A program made the translations under genes and the position numbers. From NCBI GenBank assembly GCA_043798995.1, contig JAZDOD010000009.1:14015-78014 (forward strand): a stretch of DNA of 64,000 nucleotides. The letters are read 5' to 3'. This document shows, piece after piece, positions 46,588 to 53,213 of this stretch (its first letter is position 1; the number at the start of each line of letters is the position of its first letter). Source of the DNA: a bacterium. GTDB lineage: Bacteria; Patescibacteriota; Patescibacteriia; JAACEG01; JAGUWE01. The notes under the pieces are model-generated. The model saw only the letters and a list, made by a program, of their open reading frames with translations. It ran no database searches and had not been told where the DNA came from.

Positions 46588-47031
46588 TTAAAGAATTTTT
46601 TCTTGAAGAATTTCATCCAATCTTTGGTCTAAATTGTCTAGTGTAATTTTACTTTTTTCCGGGGTTTCTTTTTTGGTTGGTTTTTCTTCTTTTAGTTCAA
46701 GGGGTTTTCTAACTTTTTTAACTTTCCTTGCTTTAATTGCTTTAACCGGTTCAATTTTAACCATCAAGTAGCGAAGCACCTCCTCGGCTAAAGTCAAGTA
46801 ATTATTAATTTCACGAACATTTTCTCTTTCAGCTGCCAATTCTCGTAAAATATAATGGCCATAATGAATCTGTTTAATTGGATAAGCCAATCTTTTTTCC
46901 CCAAAATTTTCACTTTTTAGAATTTGGCAACCCTTTTGTTTAAGCCAATTATCAATTTTTTCAGCGATTGATTTAATTTCCACTTCCGAATATTTATTGG
47001 AAATAATGTAAAGTAATTCGTAATTTTGCAT
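46588..47031 (-). CDS. rpsF: 30S ribosomal protein S6
   Basis: MQNYELLYII...EKRLAYPIKQIHYGHYIL with a C-terminal K/E-rich extension. Confidence 0.85.
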   Translation of the reverse strand: MQNYELLYIISNKYSEVEIKSIAEKIDNWLKQKGCQILKSENFGEKRLAYPIKQIHYGHYILRELAAERENVREINNYLTLAEEVLRYLMVKIEPVKAIKARKVKKVRKPLELKEEKPTKKETPEKSKITLDNLDQRLDEILQEKIL

Positions 47032-47116
47032 AGTAAGATAAATACTTTCCTTATTTAAGATTTTAAGATAAAATTATTCTAACATAATTAGTTAAAAAAA
47101 TCAAGGCACCTTCTTT

Positions 47117-48340
47117 ATGCCTCAATACTTCTTTATTTTAGGGAAAAATAAAAATTTGTCAATAGCCGAAATTGCCGGTAAATTTGCCAATGGGGCTGAC
47201 TTTGTAAGCGCAGAATTAGCTGACGGCGCTTTGATGGTTGAGTCAAAAAAAGAGTTAAACCCCACCATAATGTTAAATGAGCTGGGTGGCACAGTCAAAA
47301 TCGGAGAGGTTTTAAAATCAATTGATAATTTAGGATGTATCAACGCTAAGGAAATAATCGCCCTTCTTTCTTTTAAAGACAAGAAAAAGGTTTTTTTTGG
47401 CTTTAGCTCTTATGGTTTTCTAAATAATACTAAATTAGCTAAACAAATCCAAAAATTAGCATTGATTCTTAAAAAAGAATTAAAAGCGCGAGGTTTTACC
47501 TCGCGCTGGGTAACTTCAAAAGAGCTACAGCTTTCGTCAGTAATAGTTAAGAAAAATCGGCTTTTAGAGCAGGGCGCTGAAATTATTTTTATTCAAGCCA
47601 GAAACATGCTTTATTTAGGTAAAACATTAGCGGTTCAGGAATTTGCCGATTACAGTTTTCGCGACTATGGCCGGCCAGCGCGCGATAGCGCCTCTGGAAT
47701 GTTACCGCCAAAACTGGCTAAAATTATGGTTAATTTAGCCTGGGCTGAAAAGTCAGATGCAATTTTAGATCCTTTTTGCGGTTCGGGCACGATTTTATCT
47801 GAAGCCGCGTTTTTAGGCTATCAAAATCTAATCGGCGTTGACATTAGCCAAAAAGCAATTTCCGACAGCCGAGATAATTTAGAATGGCTTGAACGGAATT
47901 TTAAATTTAAAATTTTAAATTTAAAATTATTGAATATTGATGTAAGAATCATTTCGCAAAAAATAGCAGCCAATTCAATCGATGTAATCGTTACCGAACC
48001 TTATCTTGGACCAACTAAACTATTAAAAAGCGAAGAAGAAGTAAAAAAAGTTATCGCTGAATTAAGCGAATTATATCTTAAATCTTTTGGGGAATTTAAA
48101 AAAGTTTTAAAACCTCAAGCTAAAATTGTCATTATCTTGCCGATTTTAAAAATTAAAAATAAACTTTTTCAGCTTCCAATTTTAGATGAGATTAAAAAAT
48201 ATGGTTTTAAAACTGAATCATTTTTGCCTTCATTTTGGCCACCGGATTTAGTTCAAACTACTGCCCGCGGCTCAATCATTTACAGCCGTCCGGATCAGTA
48301 TGTTTTAAGGGAGATTTTTATATTTTCGTCCAAAGATTGA
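47117..48340 (+). CDS. putative RNA methyltransferase (UPF0020/THUMP-associated class I SAM MTase)
   Basis: LDPFCGSGTILSEAAFLGY...GVDIS (SAM-binding motif I of the N6-adenine/N2-guanine RNA MTase family) and the DPPY-like TEPYLG. Confidence 0.55.
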   Translation: MPQYFFILGKNKNLSIAEIAGKFANGADFVSAELADGALMVESKKELNPTIMLNELGGTVKIGEVLKSIDNLGCINAKEIIALLSFKDKKKVFFGFSSYGFLNNTKLAKQIQKLALILKKELKARGFTSRWVTSKELQLSSVIVKKNRLLEQGAEIIFIQARNMLYLGKTLAVQEFADYSFRDYGRPARDSASGMLPPKLAKIMVNLAWAEKSDAILDPFCGSGTILSEAAFLGYQNLIGVDISQKAISDSRDNLEWLERNFKFKILNLKLLNIDVRIISQKIAANSIDVIVTEPYLGPTKLLKSEEEVKKVIAELSELYLKSFGEFKKVLKPQAKIVIILPILKIKNKLFQLPILDEIKKYGFKTESFLPSFWPPDLVQTTARGSIIYSRPDQYVLREIFIFSSKD

Positions 48341-48435
48341 CACATTCAACATTTTATGTTACAATAAGCTGTTATTGGTCTTTACAACTAAATAGCGTAT
48401 TAACCAAAATCCATTTTAAAAGGAGGGTATTAAAA

Positions 48436-49212
48436 GTGAGAAGAGTTGAAATTGTAAGTATTATGATTAATGGCGAGCCGGCAAAAATTCAAGCTGGCGG
48501 AGTTGTTGGCAACTTTACGCCAAACTCTAGAGTGGAGGTAAAACTTCGCTCAAGAGTCAAAACCGCTATTGTGGTGAGTCGCGACGGCGCCGGCAATTAT
48601 GTTTCACGGCGTATCAATGAGGGCGGAGAGTTCTTTCTACGGGCGGTGGCTAATGAACATTTGTTCTTATGGCCAATAAATCTGGTTCAGTTTGTCTGGA
48701 CCTACCACGGCTTAGTCAAGGTGATGAGCGTTGCTGTTATCCGGCGCAATAAAGCCATAAAGATTATCGAGACGATAATCTTCGAAGCTCCTTTAAAAAC
48801 AGAAAATGGCACAATTTTTATTGCCGGTGGGAAAACCTGGTCAGACCTTTTCAGGCTGGCCCAGAAAGAAAATCTTTTGTCTACCGGAGAGATTCGTTGT
48901 ACCTATGTGTCTCAACCGCGGATTCCCGCCGCAGGACTTACTCCCAACACAGGTGTCATCTACTGGTGGAACCCAACACTGCGGGGCAACGTGGATAAAC
49001 ATGGTCATGGCGGAAATGGCTATGGCCAAGTTCTTATTGATTTAAGGGGAAAAGCAACCTTAGCCAGTATAGTAGCCAGTAATTTTACCGGCCAAATTCC
49101 CGAGAAGCTGAACCCAGGAACTATCATTCAATTCGACAGGATAATACCTGTCTATCACTACGAAGGTCATAATCCGCGACTCTCCGGCATTCGCTTAGTA
49201 AAGACCCAGTAA
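48436..49212 (+). CDS. hypothetical protein, compositionally atypical (GC-rich codons)
   Basis: GTG start with SD aaaggaggg. A promoter TTGACA-17-TACAAT at 48337-48365 overlaps the upstream stop. GC is ~48% against a ~35% background. No family recognised. The upstream part of the track ORF (from 48235) overlaps the methyltransferase and is rejected. Confidence 0.45.
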   Translation: MRRVEIVSIMINGEPAKIQAGGVVGNFTPNSRVEVKLRSRVKTAIVVSRDGAGNYVSRRINEGGEFFLRAVANEHLFLWPINLVQFVWTYHGLVKVMSVAVIRRNKAIKIIETIIFEAPLKTENGTIFIAGGKTWSDLFRLAQKENLLSTGEIRCTYVSQPRIPAAGLTPNTGVIYWWNPTLRGNVDKHGHGGNGYGQVLIDLRGKATLASIVASNFTGQIPEKLNPGTIIQFDRIIPVYHYEGHNPRLSGIRLVKTQ

Positions 49213-49277
49213 CTTTCACGAGGCGCGTAAGTCAAAAAAGACCCAAACGCCTCTCTTTTTTAACTTCAATATATTTT

Positions 49278-49348
49278 CCCCCTTTGTAAAAGGGGGATTA
49301 AGGGGGATTTATAAATCCACCCCAACCCTCCTTTATTAAAGGAGGGGG
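49278..49348. repeat. palindromic hairpin cluster, copy R5
   Basis: ccccctttgtaaaaggggg + gggggatttataaatccacccc + ccctcctttattaaaggaggggg. Confidence 0.5.
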
Positions 49349-49407
49349 AAAACAGATCGAATTACAAATATTTTAAAATAGTTTAAAAATTTAGTATAAT
49401 TAAACTA

Positions 49408-50448
49408 ATGTCAGATCAAATCAAAAAAATCCTACTTCCTAAAAATCCGCATTTGGATCCGCTGGCGGCTTGTTATTTATTGTTTAAATACGGCGAAGAA
49501 AAATTTTCCGGTATAAGTTCTGCCACCTTAGAAACCTGGCCTTATGCTGAAGATCCTTCTCGAGATGAGATTGCTCGCTGGCAGGAAGAAGGAGTTTTAA
49601 CTTTGGATGTCGGCGGCGGACTTTTTGACCATCATCAGACTAAAAAAGACGTAACCTCAACTTTTTTGGCGGCCGAATATTTAGGTCTTGCCGAACGTCC
49701 GGAGATCCAGGAGTTAATCCGTTATGTTCAGGAAGATGATTTATATGGCCTTCATAATCGCTGGGGCGATTTGGCCCAGATTATCAAATGTTTTAATAAA
49801 GCCGGCCACCAACTGACTGACATTGTCAATTTTGTTTTTAATATTTTAGAAGCGCTTCAAGCCAAGGAAGAAATTTGGCACGCCGATGTTAAGGAGGAGT
49901 TTGAAGCCAAAGCGCAGATTAAAAAAATCAAACGCGGCAAAAATAAAGTTAAAATTGCTATAATTGAATCCGACAATCTCTATGTTGCCGCTTACGGCCG
50001 AGAAAATTATAATTTAGCCATGGTCATCCAGAAAAATTCCAAAGGGCATGTCTTTATTTTCACCAATAAAATTTATAAAATTAATTTAACTGATTTAGCG
50101 GGCGCGGTGCGATTGCGCGAACTGGAAGAACTTAATCTTTATAATCCGCAAAAGCACCGAATTAAAAATTTGAAATTTCCCGGCAAACACGCTGAGGTGC
50201 CGGGCTGGTTTTATCATAAATCGCTTAATACTCTGATGAACGGCTCGTTTTCCTTGTCTGAAACCAAACCCACCAAATTGGCTTTTTCTGAAATCATTGA
50301 TTTGACTTTATTTGCGGTTGGCAGCGATTTTCCCGAGCAGTGTCTAAAAGCCAAAGAAAATTTGATTCAAATTTGCCAATCTTGTAAATACAATAGGTTT
50401 GAATTTTATAAATGCAATAAAAAAAGAGAGGGGCTAAAAACCAATTAA
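49408..50448 (+). CDS. hypothetical protein (possible DHH-like phosphoesterase; C-terminal Cys cluster)
   Basis: NPHLDPLAACYLL and GGGLFDHHQ loosely resemble DHH-family motifs I and III. C-terminus CQSCKYNRFEFYKC. Weak assignment. Confidence 0.35.
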   Translation: MSDQIKKILLPKNPHLDPLAACYLLFKYGEEKFSGISSATLETWPYAEDPSRDEIARWQEEGVLTLDVGGGLFDHHQTKKDVTSTFLAAEYLGLAERPEIQELIRYVQEDDLYGLHNRWGDLAQIIKCFNKAGHQLTDIVNFVFNILEALQAKEEIWHADVKEEFEAKAQIKKIKRGKNKVKIAIIESDNLYVAAYGRENYNLAMVIQKNSKGHVFIFTNKIYKINLTDLAGAVRLRELEELNLYNPQKHRIKNLKFPGKHAEVPGWFYHKSLNTLMNGSFSLSETKPTKLAFSEIIDLTLFAVGSDFPEQCLKAKENLIQICQSCKYNRFEFYKCNKKREGLKTN

Positions 50449-50528
50449 TTTTAAAGACAATAGCTAGTTGGGTTATTAAAATCAAAAAAGCGGACTCATC
50501 CGCTTTTTTGATTTAAAATGAGGATTTA

Positions 50529-50876
50529 TTACTTCTTAATACTTTCTACGATTTTGGCAAAAATTTTTGGTTCGTGTTCGGCTAAATCGGCCAAAATTTT
50601 TCGATCCAAAATAATTTCCGCTTTTTTAAGAAGATTGATTAATTTTGAGTAACTTAAACCAGATTCCCGCGAAGCAGCGTTGATTTTAATCTGCCAAAGG
50701 CGGCGAAATTCTCTCTTTTTGCCACGGCGATCGCGAAAAGCATGAACCCCGGCCTTGGCAGCAGCTACTTTAGCTAACTTCGGCAGATTTTTTCTGCCCC
50801 ATTTATAACCTTTAACGCGCTTGAGCAGCCGCTTTCTTTTTCTTAGATGAGTTTTTCCTCTTTTGACTCTAGGCAT
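50529..50876 (-). CDS. rplT: 50S ribosomal protein L20
   Basis: MPRVKRGKTHLRKRKRLLKRVKGY...AFRDRRGKKREFRRLWQIKINAASR is a full-length L20 match. Confidence 0.9.
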   Translation of the reverse strand: MPRVKRGKTHLRKRKRLLKRVKGYKWGRKNLPKLAKVAAAKAGVHAFRDRRGKKREFRRLWQIKINAASRESGLSYSKLINLLKKAEIILDRKILADLAEHEPKIFAKIVESIKK

Positions 50877-50920
50877 GTTTCAAATTTAAAATTAAAAATT
50901 TAAAATTAAAAATTGATTCA

Positions 50921-51112
50921 TCATTTTCCCATTAAACGTCGGATAATTTTAGTGTTTGTTTTAGACATTTCCACATCTTTTCGCTTGCGGCGAGTAACGG
51001 TGCCGGATTCCCGGGCGTTGAAGTGATCTTGGCCGGCTTTGCGTTTTATGATTTTGCCTTTCTTTATTTTAAATCTTTTGACCGTTGCTTTGTGAGTTTT
51101 TAATTTCGGCAT
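50921..51112 (-). CDS. rpmI: 50S ribosomal protein L35
   Basis: MPKLKTHKATVKRFKIKKGKIIKRKAGQDHFNA. The start is trimmed to the internal Met, giving a 63-aa protein of typical L35 size. Confidence 0.85.
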   Translation of the reverse strand: MPKLKTHKATVKRFKIKKGKIIKRKAGQDHFNARESGTVTRRKRKDVEMSKTNTKIIRRLMGK

Positions 51113-51202
51113 AAGTTTTTTTATTATCAAGCGAGCGAGACCCACCAAAGTTTTTGAAAAAAATTTAGGCGAGCGAGCGAGCGCCGATATCAAAGGGTTT
51201 TA

Positions 51203-51754
51203 TTATTTCGGAGCGATGATGGCGCTTAATTGTCCACCTTGTTTAACTGTTGGTTGTTCAATTCTGATTTCCTTATTTTCTTTTATTAAATTAATAAAAT
51301 TATTGATAATGCCTTCAGCTAAATCAGCGTGCTGTCTTTCTCTGCCTTTTAGCATCAAACTTATATTGACCTTGTCGCCGTCGTTAAGAAAAGTGACGGC
51401 TTGATTTTTGCGGAATTCTAAATCGTGTTTGCCAATGCGAAGCGATAATTTGATGCCTTTAATCTCAATTTTTTTTTGTCTGGCTTTTTGTTTTTGCTGT
51501 TCTTTTTCCTGTTCGTATTTGAATTTGCCAAAATCCATAATTTTGGCAACCGGCGGGGTTTCTTTGGGGGAAATTTCAACTAAAGCCAAGCCCTTTTCCC
51601 GGGCCATTCTGATAGCTTCTTGAGTATTAGTGGTGCCTATGTAATTGCCGTTTTCATCAATCAGCTTTACTTCTTGGGCAAAAATTCTTTCATTAATTTT
51701 GTATCTCAATTGCTGTTGAAAGTATCTTTTTGGTCTTTTATAAGAGTAGCGCAT
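51203..51754 (-). CDS. infC: translation initiation factor IF-3
   Basis: N-domain EVKLIDENGNYIGTTNTQEAIRMAREKGLALVEI and C-domain KGIKLSLRIGKHDLEFR...DKVNISLMLKGRE. The true start may be a non-AUG codon, as is typical for infC. Confidence 0.85.
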   Translation of the reverse strand: MRYSYKRPKRYFQQQLRYKINERIFAQEVKLIDENGNYIGTTNTQEAIRMAREKGLALVEISPKETPPVAKIMDFGKFKYEQEKEQQKQKARQKKIEIKGIKLSLRIGKHDLEFRKNQAVTFLNDGDKVNISLMLKGRERQHADLAEGIINNFINLIKENKEIRIEQPTVKQGGQLSAIIAPK

Positions 51755-51758
51755 TGGT

Positions 51759-52016
51759 TTACTTTTTATTTAAATAATTTTTTAATCTTTGTTTTAAAAA
51801 TCTTTTTCTTATGCCACTTTTTAGATATTTTTCTCTTTGTTTTGCGTCTTTTTTATTTAGACAGGCTTCGTAGTAAATTAGTTTTAAAGGCCTTCTAAAT
51901 TTTGTTGATAAATTAAGTCCTTTATTATGCTGCGTAACTCTGTTTTTTAAGTCATCCGTATAACCAGTGTAAAAGTTATTATCTTTTGAACTTTGGAGAA
52001 CGTAAGTATAGTACAT
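51759..52016 (-). CDS. GIY-YIG nuclease superfamily small protein (UPF0213-like)
   Basis: MYYTYVLQSSKDNNFYTGYTDDLKNRVTQHN contains the GIY-(N10)-YIG core. Confidence 0.65.
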   Translation of the reverse strand: MYYTYVLQSSKDNNFYTGYTDDLKNRVTQHNKGLNLSTKFRRPLKLIYYEACLNKKDAKQREKYLKSGIRKRFLKQRLKNYLNKK

Positions 52017-52132
52017 AATTTTAGGGTGGACCCCGTAAGAAGTCAGCCCAACGCTACTTTAATAGAAACTGAGAATTTAAAAATCAATAGGGCACTTTTT
52101 ATATAAAGATACATTTGTCTGACTTCTTACGG

Positions 52133-52533
52133 GGTGGAGATGAGGGGAGTTGCACCCCTGTCTAAAGATTCTCGTTTAAAAACTTCTACAAATTTAGTCC
52201 TATTTTTTTCTCGGCTTAAAATAAAAAATAAGACAAAAACTTTTAAGCCAGAGTCTTATTTGTGGTTCGATAAATTAGCAAAGACCGCTCTAATTTATCT
52301 AGTCTAATAATTATGACACCGAAACTACCTATTAGACATCAGTAGCCCCAGTGGGCCGTTTCAATTAAGCAACAGCCATTGCCAAAGAAGGAGTGGCAAT
52401 TGCTTGCGCAATCGCAGTCCTTACTTTGTTAACAAGTGTTTTTGCACTTATAATTTGTCAGCGGTTTAAAGAGCAACTAACAGCTCCATTTGCCGTTTTT
52501 AAAAAGAACCTCTGGCGAAGCTTAGGCATCCCC
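52133..52533 (-). ncRNA. ssrA: tmRNA (SsrA) candidate, directly downstream of smpB
   Basis: 5' end GGGGAUGCCUAAGCUUCGCCAGAGG resembles the tmRNA start GGGGcUGauUcuGgaUUCGaCgGG. 3' end AGGGG-UGCAACU-CCCCU-CAUCUCC-A-CC gives a T-arm plus acceptor strand pairing with the 5' GGGGAUG (one G-U). An in-frame tag-like ORF ends ...SLAMAVA-UAA. A 16-bp perfect inverted repeat (52029-52044 / 52120-52135) lies immediately 3'. Confidence 0.6.
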
Positions 52534-52548
52534 AGATAAAAATTAGAA

Positions 52549-53001
52549 TTAAATTCTTTCTTTCATTTTTCTTTGTAACTGTCTTTCAATTTCTCTTTTC
52601 TTAATGCTTTCCCGTTTGTCATAAAGCTTTTTGCCGCGAGCTAAAGCGATTTCAATCTTAATTAAGGCATTTTTAGTATACACTGAAAGAGGGATAATTG
52701 TCAAGCCAGAAGCCCCGGTTTTGCCGTGAAGATAACTTATTTCTTTCTGGCGAAGAAGCAGTTTTCTTGTCCGGGTCGGGCTGTAATCTTTTTGCACGCC
52801 GGCGGCCGGTTTATAGGGGTTAATATGAGCATTGACTAAAAAGGGTTCATTTTTAATAAAACTGACATAAGAACCCCGCAGGTTGATTTGGCCAAGCTTG
52901 GCGGCTTTGACTTCCGGGCCGGAAAGTTTAAGACCGGCTTCAAATTTTTCCAAAATTTCGTAGTGAAAGGCGGCTTCTTTATTGTGAGCAAGAGTCGGCA
53001 T
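52549..53001 (-). CDS. smpB: SsrA-binding protein SmpB
   Basis: AFHYEILEKFEAGLKLSGPEVKA and TGASGLTIIPLSVY are a full-length SmpB match. Confidence 0.9.
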   Translation of the reverse strand: MPTLAHNKEAAFHYEILEKFEAGLKLSGPEVKAAKLGQINLRGSYVSFIKNEPFLVNAHINPYKPAAGVQKDYSPTRTRKLLLRQKEISYLHGKTGASGLTIIPLSVYTKNALIKIEIALARGKKLYDKRESIKKREIERQLQRKMKERI

Positions 53002-53063
53002 AAAAGTTTAAAGTTTTTTAAATTTTAACTATTAAATAGGTTTAAGTCAAATAAAACTTAGCT

Positions 53064-53191
53064 TTGACAAAGAGATTAATTCTTGATAAATTTACCCCGT
53101 AACCTCCTCTAAAAAGATTTATCAATTTATCAAGAGATAGTTTTTATCAATTTTGTTTTACCTTCTTTAGTAGATAGAGGAGGTTACGGGG
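53064..53191 (+). promoter_or_regulatory. ileS leader: promoter TTGACA-17-TAAATT followed by a perfect 17-bp-stem hairpin
   Basis: -35 at 53064-53069. Stem arms ccccgtaacctcctcta (53095-53111) and tagaggaggttacgggg (53175-53191). A nested TTGATAAATT/AATTTATCAA inverted repeat sits in the loop. ATG at 53214. Confidence 0.4.
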
Positions 53192-53213
53192 TTTAAGCTA
53201 TAAAAATTATTTT

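Noticed and set aside
48235-48435. Upstream part of track ORF 48235..49212
   Set aside because: It overlaps the 3' end of the methyltransferase gene in another frame. A GTG with a strong SD at 48436 and a promoter at 48337 give a cleaner start.
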